From the NCBI GenBank assembly GCA_010909165.1, contig MU008215.1:1-64000 (forward strand): a stretch of DNA of 64,000 nt, given 5' to 3'. Every line of letters starts with the position of its first letter. The first letter of the stretch is position 1. The translations under genes were made by a program, and so were the position numbers. The DNA comes from Anthoceros angustus. Its lineage: Eukaryota; Plantae; Anthocerotophyta. Positions 1-12,850 of the stretch are shown here, piece after piece. The notes beneath the pieces were generated by a model. The model was not told the origin of the DNA and did not search any database. It saw nothing but the letters and a program-made list of their open reading frames with translations.

Positions 1-830
1 GATTTTAGTAGAACACTATCACCTTCACAAAACTTGTGACTCCCAATGCAGTCACAACAGGAGTTTTCGCAGATTCATTTACATCAATTAAAACAACATT
101 TGATGATTTGGATTTACATCCATTAACGGATTTAGTAACCGAATAACTACCTGTAAGTGAAGCGAAATATTGCAAACCTGAGGCGCCCGCAAGTAAACCC
201 CCATCTCTATACCATTGGATCCCGGTGCTATCAACTGAAGAAATTTTCAACAGTGCACTATCTCCCTTGCAAAATAGTATAAGATTCAGGTGTTAAAATG
301 TTTAGCTCCTCTGGCAATTTTTAACCATAACTAATATAGTATTGGATTCTAATGATAAGCACGATCCGTTAAAATTCTAACTGAATACTGACCACTTTCT
401 TGTGCCAAAAAGATTGATTGTTTGCTCCTGGAATACTAACATCATTTCTATACCATTGATTATTCGTAGTAGAGGAAGAAGTAAGTTCGACGTTTCCCCT
501 TTGCAAAAAGTATAGGATCCTTGCGCAGTGATAACTGGTTGATCAGGTCGATTTATCGAAATAACAATACTGTCTTCATTTTACAACCAAATATATTAGT
601 TACAGTAAGGTTGTAGGTTGTGGTACTGTTAGGATTAGCAATTGTCCTGGCACTAATTGGAGAAACTAATCCATTGGTTGGGGACCAGGAATAAGTATTG
701 TCTTCAATAGCATTCATTCCAATATTAACTCCAACTCCCCTAAACAAAGGCTGGTATCCTTACCTGTTCGCAATTGGGATTTGATTTACGGCTAGAATTG
801 TAGTAATGCTTGAATCATTGTTGGATAAGC
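1..830 (-). CDS. Fragment of a Bacteroidota-type large secreted/surface protein with Ig-like/PKD repeats (frameshifted, both ends truncated)
   Basis: AT-rich, intron-less. Joined frames read ..AVNQIPIAN(A)GKDTSLCLGGVGVNIGMNAIEDNTYSWSPTNGLVSPISARTIANPNSTTTYNLTVTNIFGCK..PVITAQGSYTFCKGE..QWYRND..QWYRDG..GSYSVT..NGCKS... The ANAGxDxxxC, YSWSP, TTTYxLTVT and QWYxDG repeats are typical of Bacteroidota T9SS cargo proteins. Confidence 0.8.
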
Positions 831-3041
831 ATCGAAACAGGGAGGGCACCAGCAGGAGGAACCCACACCACACCTGTGGTCACCAGTGTCAAGACGGCAG
901 CAGGAACGCTAAAGGAGGAAAAGTAAAGGGAAATGGCAAGTTGCTCCTCCTGTGTGCAGGATGAATCGCCGCTAGGGGAGAATGAAGGGGAAGAGGCAAG
1001 GCACCAACCCCTAGGAGAGGAGGGGTTAACTTCACGCCGAGACCGCAACGAGCTCCGGACATTTTTGGCGACATTTCACCGAACCGTCCGAGGTGGGGAT
1101 AGGAGACACCGCCGACACGAGAATTGTTGTGGAGGCGGATGGGCAAGGGACAGCCCAATTTGGGATTTGCAGGGTTTGACTTCGGCCATGGCACGACGCA
1201 GTGATCTCCTGATCAAGCCATGGCCTCACCGAGTGTGCAAGGCCAACAGGAGAAGGAGAAGTTGGAGAGCCTGAAGGCGAGAGCAAGGCGGCCGAGGAGC
1301 GCAGACGGAGCGGGCCTTATGCAAGGCAGAGCATCCAACAGAAGCTTTAGTAAATCAGTCAAGGGGGCATGCTACAATTGAGCTTCAGATGAGGTCTCAT
1401 GAGTTGTGGAAGCGGCGCCTTGGAGAAATTCAAGAAGCGGAGAGGTACAAGCGAAAGAGACGCTAGGGCCGAGTCAAGAGAGAGGTGGCCAAACCAAGAA
1501 AGGCCGAGCAACAGCCCACCGCAGAGCAAACAACCACCGTGGAAGAAACCACCACGGTGGCTAAACCAGCCACCGCCGTGGAACGGGAACCGAGGTGGGG
1601 AAGTCACCGATGAGTGTCGCAGATGGAGGGATGATCCGAGAATCAGCAGCCGCCTGTGATTGTCCACGGAGGAGAGGGTAAGGACCTCTCGACGAAGGAC
1701 AGTTAAGGCGTCCGGATGAGGATGCTCATGTCCTGTCGCATGGTGTGCTCACCTAAACGGTGGTTGTTGGGATGAGGGGCGTAAACCATCACATCTTGAC
1801 CGCCACAGCGCTACTGGGTTCCTTCGAGTAGGAGCGGGCCATCCTCCGCAAGTGGTGCCGAAGAGATGAGCGAGGCGCAGCGAGCATGGAGGGAGGAGCA
1901 TGGTGTTGTCCAAATGAGGAGGAGGGACAATGGACATAGAGGCAAGGCGCAACGTCCGCTGGAAGGCGCGAGGGAAATTCAGCAAAGGAGAGCGAGGTGG
2001 AGGTTGTGGGGAAAATCGCCGGATCGAGGCGAGGTCAAGAGCGAGAGGGGTCCCCATGGGCCGAGGGCGAGGCAAAGAATCGCGAGGCGGCAGCGCTGAT
2101 TTTAGGAGAGTCGCGATAGCCTAGGACCGGGTTTTTCGTAGAGGATAGGGAGTTCCATCACCGTAGAGCCGCTGTTGCTTAGATTGGTAAGGGGCGCCGT
2201 GGTAGGAGCTACAATTTTAGACACTAAAGAGAAGTGAGTGTTGGACCATGTATAAGAGACCCTCCGGGTGTCTCTCTCAAGACGATTTCGTGTGAACTTC
2301 CGTATCGAACCGCCGAGGGGTTGATTGGAGACGCCCGTCGTCAAGATCAAACGGGTTCGCGCACCGCCTTCCGTCACAAGACCGGAAGATCTCGGATGGT
2401 CGAGAGCGGAGTGGCCAAGCTCCACGCCTGGGTAACGGAAGGTAGCCACGAAAGGTAGGAGTGCCGGACGGCCGAGGCGGAATCCGGAAGGCGAATCGCC
2501 CAAGCACCGACCGGGTTTTCCCGATCCTCTTTCCAACCGCCACTGTGTGTTCATTCCATGAGAGGGGTCTGTGGCCCAAGGAGGTCCGTGGCCCAAGGGA
2601 AAAGGGGTCTGTGGTGGCCCGTGAGACGAGGGAGAGTTCATTGGAAGGGAAAGGTTCCTGAGGGGTAGTTGTGCTACCGGGAGGGATTGTGAGAGTGCGA
2701 GGGAAAATCGGAAACGCGAGGGGAGTGGAAGGTAGGATCGCAAATTCCGGGCAGGAGGCGAGCAGTCCGATAGCCCTAGGTCCGTGTTAGAGAAGTCGGT
2801 GGCAGATAAAGGCGCGCGGCGGGGGGCCCGCCACGGCGAACCGCCACGCGTGGCCGAGTCTACCACTGGTGGGTTTGGGTGGTAGCCGGAGAAGGTGGGT
2901 AGCGAGCGACGGGTGTCTAGAATCCATAGATTTAGCACACCTTGACACAACACCATTCCCTTGGGATCGAATCCTAGGACTATAACGACATAGAGGGTAA
3001 ATGTGGCCTCTTTGCGCTTCGATGCAAAACCCATTCTGACA
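831..3041 (+). mobile_element. Family B gypsy LTR, distal ~2.2 kb (5'-truncated at the bacterial junction)
   Basis: Aligns by eye with the reverse complement of 57801-60110. Contains TATAAGAG at 2251 and the conserved U5 motif CCATTCCCTTGGGATCGAATCCTAGG. Ends ..CCCATTCTGACA at 3041 and is followed by non-PBS sequence. Confidence 0.85.
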
Positions 3042-4180
3042 TGCTTATACATTTTCAACTCCCATGTCTTCCTATTTGCAGAAAGTTACTATGATGCATC
3101 CCATTCCTCAATGGGTATATTTGAGTTATCCTCAACCCAGACGCCGATTTCAGGAGATACATTGTACTTACCAAAGGCATTCTTAGAGGAACACATATGG
3201 TTTGACGCACCAACGTCCAAAACCACGATTCCCCTACCGACACCGAAGATAGACAGATTAAATCACAGCCCCTTTGTTGCAGCCTCGTCACGCTAGATTC
3301 ATGTTGCTTGCCTTTCCTATCATCACTGCTTTCCTAAAGTCTCGACTCCACGACCCGGCCAGGCGTGAGTTGCACACCAAAGTTTTTTGCCGGGTCAGCA
3401 GATTGACGAAGCCCGTGTAGTTGGACGCTTTGTCCTCTACCCCTTCCAAACTTCCCTGGCCCACGCCTCAACCTCGGCCACTACCGCTGGCCGCAAAAGA
3501 GTCAGATCACTGCTTAAGGGTAGAGCGAACCTCCTTGTTCATGTGTTTTATTGGCCTCGTCACAGGAGAGCACCAACAAGTCAACCGTGAGATTCAGAAT
3601 CAGTGTGGTGGTGGCTACCGGAGGACCGTGGCGTGAGGCTCAATACTAGAGCTCCAAATTTCGAGCTGAGGAAGGCTCACCGTGAATTGAACCGCCTCCC
3701 TGATAGATCACTCCACAAGCAGCTTGGCTTCCGTCATTTAAATCGCCACATGACTCTCATCGAGTCACTTTCCTTCATGCGCGCAGTTCCTAAATGGCTT
3801 GTTGCTACCGCCCGAGATGACATCTTTTGATTCATAAGGTCATTCAAGAAGACCAAACTTCATGGAGAATTTAGTCGGGCTTGATATGTGGAATCATCTC
3901 CTCGAGAAATCGATCCCACAAGGATCGCCCTAGCTTTATGCATCCTTGGAATGCCAATCAAGTTTTATCGCCCACAGCTCCTAAACTCCTCCAAGAGTCT
4001 ACCGTAGTCTGGCCAACAACACGCCTGTGGATCGAGCCATGCTAACATCCATAAGTAGCGTTTCTCTGAGAATACACCACCCGAGCGACCTGCATCAAAG
4101 TTAAGTGAGTCTGCCTTTCGAGGATATGGTGAGGGATTGATCGCGCCATGATGCCTCTGTGGACGTGAGAGAACTACTCT
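3042..4180 (-). pseudogene. Degraded Ty1/copia gag-protease remnant
   Basis: Minus-strand frames give KARAILVGSIS..EMIPHIK..EVWS.LNDL(Y)ESK (UBN2-type gag, ~3830-3940), MKESDSMR, a decayed zinc knuckle, and VLDVGASNHMCSSKNAF (copia protease DSGAS-H-M motif, ~3194-3218). Cut at 3041 by the family B LTR. Confidence 0.75.
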
Positions 4181-4726
4181 GCAGAGGTTCTCGTGCAAGA
4201 CATCTTTGCCCCGAGCCCATCAATTGACGGCGGCTTCGATTTCTAATTCCTGGTCCCTCACGCAAAGAATAAACTCTCGATTCACCAATTTCTAGACGTA
4301 TCAAGACGTTTTGATAAGATGTCTACTTAGAGAGGTTTCTGACGTAAGACTTGAGGCATTTTCAAGAGAATTGAGAAGAGAATCAAACTGCTTCTGCATC
4401 TTCAGAACGTAGGGTTTACGGTGGATTCACGCTGCATCGCGGAGATGACCTGCTTCGGCGTGCGTTGTAAATTGCCGAAAAGCAGTTCTCTCGACCGCTC
4501 GACATCGACTGGTACGCTGATTGGATGATTCTCGAATTATACGACCAAAATGCTTTCAAGAAACGCACTCCGCCTTCCTACCGAATCGAGATAGTGATTT
4601 CTTGAAGTACAACACCAAACTCCTCACCGAAACACTCAAATTCAGATGTAGGTAATAGTCTCGGCCCTGCTATTCCAGTACGGCTACTCCGCCTCGCGCC
4701 TTCCGAGGCATGGATGCCTTAATACA

Positions 4727-7700
4727 TGTAAACGACCTAGTCTCGAAACCCTCAAAATGTGCTCAAGTGAATTTTTGTTTTTCCGAGTGGTGTGAAAATA
4801 AGTCGATTGAGTAGTTGGGATATTCATAGTAAAATGTCCTTGGCCTATGGAGTTCTTTTTGTTTTATTGCCTAGGTTAGAAAATAAATGGTCCGAATTTG
4901 GTGTTCCTTGGCCCATGGACTGAATGTTCCCTAAAAAGTCTATATATGTGAGATAGGGGGTTTGGAATATTAGAGTTAGAGTCTATAAGTTGGGGTCGAC
5001 CGACGCCAGAGCGAATGAGTGTGGGTTGTGGATTGGGATGTGGAAGCGAGAGGTAACAGAGTAGGGGAACCCGGGAAACTTAACCCTAGGAAATGATGTA
5101 ATCCCGCTCAAACAACGGAGCGCAACGGGCCGGACGGAGCGAGCGGCGGAGCGACGACGGTAAGCGCGACGAAGTCGAGGAGCCGTCCGGGGCACCGTGA
5201 TCGCAGGAGGGCGCGAGGCGCAACGACGAAGGGAAGGAGCTCAACCCCTCGCCGACATCGCGAGGCGCGACGCAGAGGAGGAAGGCGCGTGCAGCGCGCC
5301 CTTGCCGAGGAGGTAGGAACCCCGAGACCGACTCCGTGAAATTCGCAGAGGTGGCGTTGGTTTGTGGCGCGAGACCAGAAGACTGAGGAGAGGATGGCGC
5401 CCAAGGTCACCACCGAATTGTGCTTGCCCAATGGCCGAACATGGATCATTGGAAAGTTCGATGGGAGTGAAGGAGTCAAGCCGGGTTTCATGGAAGAGCG
5501 GTGGAATTACATGAACTCGACCGGTGCAGGAGTGTGCGCGACACCGGCGACAGGGGATTTAGAAGCCGCAGGATTGGGACCCGGAGTTAGGAGGGTGTAT
5601 GGGCGGCAAGGAGGAGGCGGGTTGGTGATGGAGCCGCCCAGAAAAGAAGCACGGCAAAGAAGCAGCACCGCCCGTTAAAGGCGACTGCGAACCCAACGGG
5701 CCGGTTGACGAGGGATTTGGCAATGCAGCTTGATGGGTCCGCCAGTGGCTCCTATGTTTCGCAGACAAGAAGTGGATTATTTGTCCGACCACTTGCCGTT
5801 CCTTCATGAAGTGGTCAAGGGGCGAAGATCGATTGCTCTCGACAAGTTGTGTGAAGAGAGGTTGAACTTGATTTCCTCCTCGGCCCTCTCTAATCTCACC
5901 ATTTCGTCCATCTTTATGTTTACGCTAACTGCCCCGCGAGGTGGAGATTGTAGCCTCCTCCACATGTGGAAGCCGGTTAGGGAGGTGAAATGGAAGGCGG
6001 AGGAGCCCAAGGAGGAAAAATCGGATAGCCGGGAGTCGGTGGCGGGGCCTGGAGGAGGAGAAGGAAATTCCCACCAAAGAAAAGGAGGAAGACCGGGGTG
6101 AAAGGCGGGCAAAAAGGTGAAGGATGCACACGGCCAGTGTCAAAAACGGCGCTACAGAAATGAAAGCCAAACGGCATGGCGAAGAGGAGGCGCGATCCGA
6201 GGACAATTTTGCCGACTGGATGCGATGATGAATCAACTCGAGGGTTTAGGGCGACCTCAGGCGGACCCTCAAAGATGGGAAGAGATTTTCAAGGGGACTC
6301 CACCGGCAACAGAGGTGGATGCAACCGAATTGGTGAGGGTGCGCACCTTGGGAGGAAAGTTCTCGACAGAGGGATGGCGTCGCGGGCCGCCACAACAAGT
6401 GGACTTGGTGAGCGACCACGCCGATGATCCGGGCCCAAGTGATTTGTTGGATCAAGCGGCTTTAGCTCTCACCGCCTGGGTGGGGCGACGGAGGAAGTGG
6501 TGAAGGCCAGTTTGACGAGGAGGCCAAGCGCAAGCAACCGGAGGAAGACAAGCGGAACCTAGAGGAAATAAGGGCCAAGATTCAAGAAGATTTGTGCAGG
6601 CCTGTGAGAAGTTGCAAGCCATGACGAGCCAGGAAGCACTCATGGCTCAAATTAAGGATGCCCACGAGACGAACCAGAGATGGTGGGGAGTTGTTGCGAG
6701 CCCAGAGCGTGAGGCCTCTGGAAAAGGCCCATAAGCTAGCGGAGCGGCGGAGCGGATGAGGCACGTGGCCGGGCCGAAAAGACAAAGGGAAGGGGAAGCG
6801 GGTAGCAGGACCACGATCGAAGTAGCGGAAGGCCTACCGAGCGAAGGAAGCAAAGAACCGAGGTAGCCGAAACCTCACCTACCGCGTTGCGAACGAGCGA
6901 CGGCCGTGGAGTCCACTACGGTAGTCGAAACCGCCACCGACATTGGCGCAACCAACCCAAGGTGGCGCGGGCGACAGGATGCGACGTGGCGCCTCGCGAG
7001 GACATAGGCCAGCAACTGTAGCCTACGGAGGGGGGTAAGCACCTCACCGCAGCAGGGGTCCTATTATATTACGGCACATGGATGAGGAAACTTATGTGCC
7101 CGGGTCTATATGTGAATGGAGAACGCGTGCTTAACCTCACCGCCCATGTGCGTGTGGAAATAGGAGGGATCGGGCCTACCCATCGCAAGTGAGGACCAAG
7201 TGCATACTTCTACCACCGCGCCTGTGGGGTTGGCTCCCTATTATGCGGAGGCGACTTTGGAGGAGTTGAGCGAGGAGGAGGTCCAGCTTGGGTGGACGAG
7301 GAGCCGAATAATCCTCGAATAGGCGGCCGGAAGATGCGGAAGCCCAAGGTGGTACACCTCAAATTCGTCCAGTGGCTGAGGTGGAAGTAGTGGGAGAACC
7401 CGTCACCAGGCAAGGTGAGAGCTCGTGGCAGCAATGGAGGACGTGACGGCCAAGTCGAGGTAGGGCGCGCAGACAGCGAGGGTGAGGTAGCAACCTAAAG
7501 ATAATTTGGTTAGGATGTCGACCGACCTAGGATCGCCCAATTGTGGGCGCGTCTTCGCGATAGCCATCTTAGGACCTAAAATCAGGGGTGCCCCACCGAT
7601 GTATAAGAGGGGCGAATTAGGTCCCTCACGCCGATAACTGGTTGAGATCCCCACGCCTGGCTGGTTGGAGACGTCCGATTGATGAGGTGGTGTGCGCGAG

Positions 7701-7909
7701 ACGCCCTAGGGGTGGTCGAGCTTGCTCCGCACCGGGGAGAGGGGTGAGGTGAATCTGGCAAAGGAGGAGGAAACCAAGGGATTGGCGCGCGGTCCGGAGC
7801 TTGCTCGAACGCCTGCCGGACGCCTGGGGTTCTTCTTTCCTTCACACTTGTCCGAGTTGTGTTCAAATTGAGAGAGAAGTGTTGAGTGGATGGTTGGAAG
7901 CCCAGGCTT

Positions 7910-7941
<32 letters not shown>

Positions 7942-9342
7942 GGTGAAGGAGTGACTAAATCAGACGCTGGCGCGAGGTGTGAGAGAGAGGAGTTGAGAAG
8001 GGGAACTAATTGAGAGCGGGAGATTGTGTGAATCCAAAAGAAACCAAACCGGTGCTGGTGGAAGTGCGCAAGGGGAACAGCGTTCCTTGTAAAATTGTGT
8101 GAGTGTGGCGCCTTTGTGTGTGTGTGGAGCGTGAGGATTTGTGGAATTTAGGTCCCTAGGAATCGGTGTGTGTGTGTGCATGAAGTGTGGAGAACCCGTC
8201 CAGGCGTGGCGGTGAGAGCTCGTGGCGGCAGCAATGGAGGACGAGGGGCCGACGCCAAGTCGAGGTAGGGCGCGCAGACAGCGAGGGTGAGGTGGTAGCA
8301 ACCTAAAGATAATTTGGTTAGGATGTCTCGGACCTAGGATCGCCCGAATTGTGGGCGCCCCTTCGATAGCCATCTTAGGACCTAAAATCCGGGCATGGTG
8401 CCCCACCGATGTATAAGAGGGGCGAATTAGGTCCCTCACGCCGATAATTCTGGTTGAGATCCCCACGCCTGTGGCTGGTTGGAGACGTCCGATTGACAGA
8501 GGGTGGGCGCAGACGCCCTAGGGGTGGTCGAGAGCTTGCTGCACTGGGAGGAGGGTGATAAAGCAATCTTGGCCGACAAAGGAGGAGGAAACCAAGGGAT
8601 TGGCGCGGGGCGGTCCGGAGCTTGCTCGAACGCCTGCCGGACGCCTGGGGTTCTTCTTTCCTTCACACTTGTCCCTAGTTGTGTTCAAATTAAGAGAAGT
8701 GTTGAGTGGATGGTTGGAAGCGAGTTGAGGGAGAGAGAGAGAGGGAGAAGATTGGGTGAAGGAGTGACTAAACAATCAGACGATGCGAGGTGTGAGAGGG
8801 GTTGAGAAGGGGAACTAATTGAGAGGCTAGGAGATTGTGTGAATCCAAAAGAAACCAAACCGGGGAAGGCATGCAAGGGGAACAGGCTTCCTTGTAAAAT
8901 TGTGTGAGTGTGGCGCCTTTGTGTGTGTGTGGAGCGAGGGATTTGTGGAATTTAGGTCCCTAGGAATCGGTGTGTGTGTGTGTGAGTGTGGTGAATAAAG
9001 CCGGATCCGTGCACGTGTGGACGCCTGCGATCCGCGGCGCGGCGCCCGGAAATAAGTCGCTAGGGTTTGGGTGTGGGACCCACCTCGGTGGTCAAGCAAC
9101 TAGTGGAATGAGATTTGCGGTCGTGGAATAAGAGTGGTAGGACAAGTCGGGGGTAGTAGTGGTTGAGTAGATAGGTAAGAGGAGTAATAGCAAGTAAGTC
9201 TTGACTTAGGTGAAGGTCGAGCGATAGAAGTTAGCGCCTCTTGGCACAAACCATTCCCTTGGGAGCGAATCCTAAGCCTACAACGACATTGAGGGTGAAT
9301 GTGGACCTCACGGTGTCCCCGGACACGAATCCACACTCCACA
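4727..9342 (+). repeat. A1 5' LTR (~3.8 kb plus a ~0.8 kb internal tandem duplication at ~7395-8990)
   Basis: Starts TGTAAACGACCTAGTCTCGAAACCC after unrelated flank, the same start that follows the PPT at 19136 and 39324. Ends CCACACTCCACA directly before the PBS. Contains (GA)n and (GT)n tracts and TATAAGAG at 7602. Confidence 0.88.
5093..7450 (+). CDS. LTR(U3)-embedded gene of A1, 5' LTR copy (frameshifted in this assembly)
   Basis: Overlapping ORF pieces LCLPNGRTWIIGKF, DYLSDHLPFLHEVVKG, VHLYVYANC, KWKAEEPKEE, DLLDQAALAL, QEALMAQIKDAHE, HMDEETYV recur in all A LTR copies with frameshifts at different places. End coordinate approximate. Confidence 0.65.
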
Positions 9343-9345
9343 TTT

Positions 9346-9362
9346 TGGCGCCGCTGCGGGAA
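9346..9362 (+). other. Primer binding site, tRNA-Asp type
   Basis: TGGCGCCGCTGCGGGAA lies 3 nt after the LTR end. The consensus with the copy at 28919 is TGGCGCCGCTGCCGGGAA, matching at 16/18 the complement of the plant tRNA-Asp(GUC) 3' end (TGGCGCCGTTGCCGGGGA) used by Athila elements. Confidence 0.85.
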
Positions 9363-9756
9363 TGGAATCGGGCGTGAGGTAGAACTAACCATAGCTAAGT
9401 AGAGTCTAGCATTACTAGATTGATGGATGCCTCGGGTGGAGACAAGCGATTCGATCCGACTGGGGAAACGCTCGCAAGACGGCAACGCCAAGCATGGAAA
9501 GATTGCAGAGAGTTACGAGGAGAGCACGGGCGGAGATCACACTGCGGACGAGGAAGAGGCAGAGTCGACTAGTTGGATCGGATCTTATCGGATTCCCCCA
9601 ACTCTCGACTACGCGGTACAAGGGCCGTACCGATTCCACCTTGTCTTTTGATCTCGCCCAGTGCCTAGATCCGCGGTCCAAATAACTGTGAATGTAGAGG
9701 TCACCGCATTTAGTGGCGGCCAACTACCGCAGCTGCTGAAAGTACTACCCGTAGTT

Positions 9757-12700
9757 ATGGCGATCTGCTCTACTACTAAGCAATCTTACCCGCTGTACGG
9801 AGAAAAGAAGGGCCATGAGGATCCCGACGAGTTTGTCGAGCGCTTTGAGCTGACGCCAACCGTGAGGATGCGATCGTGCCCACTGCTTTATGGAGTCAGC
9901 GAGCGCGGCCAAGTGGTACAAGCGAGTACATAGCTTCGCCACACCCCGCCTACTTTTGGGGCCTTGAAGAGAGCTTTTGTGAAAGATCTGGAGGGGTCGA
10001 TGTGGAAGGATATGTCTTGTCCAAACTCGAGGGACGGAGAGGGAAGAAGGAGACACCGCAGCTTATGTGGAAAGGTTCCACACCACGGATCGGGCCGGGT
10101 CCGCACTGAGCTAATGGCCATTCGGTTTGCAAGAGGATTGGCGCGAAATGGGAAGGCACGCGTCCTGAGAAAGATTTGGATCGGGCGATTAAAGCCGCTC
10201 GAACTATGAGGAGTCCAACGGAAGAGAAGAAGAACTCGAACAAGGGCGCACGGAAGGACAAAAAGAAATACAAAAAGAAGAAGAAGTACTATTCGCCTCC
10301 TCGATGCTCATGGAGGAGGATAGTTTTCAACCGACTCCTAGCTCCACGGAAGAGGAGACCAATGAGGATTCGGAGGAGAATTCGAAGGTGAGCGCAACCG
10401 AAGGGATAGAAGGAAGAAGGGAAAAAATGACTGGGAAACAAGACGACGTACAAAAGGGAAGGAGCTGCTATATGCACGAAAGGACGCGGAGCAGGTGAGA
10501 AGAGAGGTGGAAACAGCAGCCAAAAAGTGGAGCAACAAGGGAACAAGATGGAGGAAATGATGGTCAAACTGGAGAAACTCCATCTTAATGCCATCAAGGA
10601 CCATGATAGAAGAAGGGTTGCTCTTGGAGCGAATCTCTTCGCTCAACTTGTGGATGCAGGGCACTCGAGGTCGAACGTCCCACAAACAAAAGTGCAACCA
10701 TCGGGCTACGAGGAGAGGATGAGGAGATGTGCTTGGAAGATACATACCAAATTCAAGAGGCAACACCGATCTCGGGTACCAAAACTTTGTACCTCGAGTT
10801 TGCGAAACCCCAGGCATGGGCATTCGCAATCGATGGCAAGGAACCCGGGCAAATGAGTGCCCCGTGTTACAATTGCCGAGGGTTCGCATCTTGCTGGATG
10901 CCCCTCCGCATCTCGCCAGGGAATGGTGATTTTGAAAGGTGTGTGGACCGCAAGCAATCACGTGCGGCAGCCCCTCGCCAGACAAAAACAGTGAGGATCG
11001 CTCAACCTCCGGTTACGGGCGACCCACCCCGCATGAAAGCCTGCCGCAATGCAAGTCAAGATGCGCTCATGGTCAGTATGGGAGGATTCCGAGGCTGCAA
11101 TCGAGGAGCCCGGAAGGGTTGGGGATGTGGATGGGTATTACGGAACTCCGCGGTCGCTCGGACGCTGGGCGAGAGGAAGGCGGACACCCTAAGAAGGGGG
11201 AGCGAGGGAAAAAGGAAGAAGAACGGAGTGGGAGCTTCCATAACGTCCGCAAGTGAGGAGGAAGAGGCGTCTTCATCGGGAAGGAAGAGAAGTCCAACCA
11301 CAAAACGACGAGGGACTGATGGGAGGGGCATGCGAATCCAAAATGGACGGGAGCACGAACGCCACACTTAACGCGAGGGTTGCGATTTGGATGGCATCAC
11401 GGTGTAACTCCCTTAGCAGGAGACCGCTGGATTCGAGGGTGAAGTGCAAACGAGGACACGGCGGGGACTCGAGTCGACACATGGGGCGAAAACCCGCAAG
11501 AGGAAAAAAGGATGAGTCGGCGCTGGCGTCGTGGGAAGGTTATGGATATGATCCGACAAGAATCGAACAGACTCGTGATTTTGGCCATCGACCCACCGAC
11601 CCACCCCCCGCATGCAAGAAAGCCTGCCGCAATGCAAGTCAAGATGCGCTCATGGTCAGTATGGGAGGATTCCGAGGCTGCAATCGAGGAGCCCGGAAGG
11701 GTTGGGGATGTGGATGGGTATTACGGAACTCCGCGGTCGCTCGGACGCTGGGCGAGAGGAAGGCGGACACCCTAAGAAGGGGGAGCGAGGGAAAAAGGAA
11801 GAAGAACGGAGTGGGGAGCTTCCATAACGTCCGCAAGTGAGGAGGAAGAGGCGTCTTCATCGGGAAGGAAGAGAAGTCCAACCACAAAACGACGAGGGAC
11901 TGATGGGAGGGGCATGCGAATCCAAAATGGACGGGAGCACGAACGCCACACTTAACGCGAGGGTTGCGATTTGGATGGCATCACGGTGTAACTCCCTTAG
12001 CAGGAGACCGCTGGATTCGAGGGTGAAGTGCAAACGAGGACACGGCGGGGACTCGAGTCGACACATGGGGCGAAAACCCGCAAGAGGAAAAAAGGATGAG
12101 TCGGCGCTGGCGTCGTGGGAAGGTTATGGATATGATCCGACAAGAATCGAACAGACTCGTGATTTTGGCCATCGACCCACCGACCCACCCCCCGCATGCA
12201 AGAAAGCCTGCCGCAATGCAAGTCAAGATGCGCTCATGGTCAGTATGGGAGGATTCCGAGGCTGCACCGAGGAGCCCGGAAGGGTTGGGGATGTGGATAG
12301 GGTATTACGGAACTCCTGCGATGGTCGCTCGGACGCGGGCGAGAGGAAGGCGGACACCCTAAGAAGGGGGAGCGAGGGAAAAAAGGAAGAAGAACGGAGT
12401 GGGGAGCTTCCATAACGTCCGCAAGTGAGGAGGAAGAGCGTCCTTCATCAAAGCGGGAAGGAAGAGAAGTCCAACCACAAAACGACGAGGGACTCGGTGG
12501 GAGTCGAAAAAGAAAAGGGCATGCGAATCCAGGACGGGGCAAGGCACGAACGCCACACTTAACGCGAGGGTTGCGATTTCGGATGGCATCACGGTGTAAC
12601 TCCCTTAGCCGAGACCGCTGGATTCGAGGTGAAGTGCAAACGAGGACGGACGGCAGTGGGACTCGAGTCGACACGGGGGCGAAAACCCGCAAGAGGAAAA

Positions 12701-12850
12701 AAGGATGAGTCGGCGCTCACCGATGTCGGGAAGGTTATGGATATGATCCGACAAGAATCGAACAGACCGATGTATTTTGGCCATCGACCACGACCCACCT
12801 CGCCACTGTTTCAACGACCGCAACATCTCAAACAGCTACCGCGTTGCGAA
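9757..12850 (+). CDS. A1 gag (retrotransposon capsid plus CCHC zinc knuckles), frameshifted, with a triplicated 584-bp block
   Basis: YGEKKGHEDPDEFVERF..AKWY..FGALKRAFCERF..YVLSKLE capsid motifs. The zinc knuckle is legible in A2 as CSTCGQQGHSRSNC, and a second CYNC..HL..CP follows. Confidence 0.8.

Noticed and set aside
2102-3058. Longest ORF in the track (318 aa) and the many Pro/Ser/Arg-rich antisense ORFs
   Set aside because: Antisense shadows of GC-rich LTR or coding DNA, broken differently in each copy and lacking conserved motifs.
4727-9342. Reading A1 and A2 as tandem arrays sharing short LTRs with an internal 3' env-like region
   Set aside because: The post-PPT TG start coincides exactly with the flank junctions at 4727 and 23312, so the whole region is LTR.
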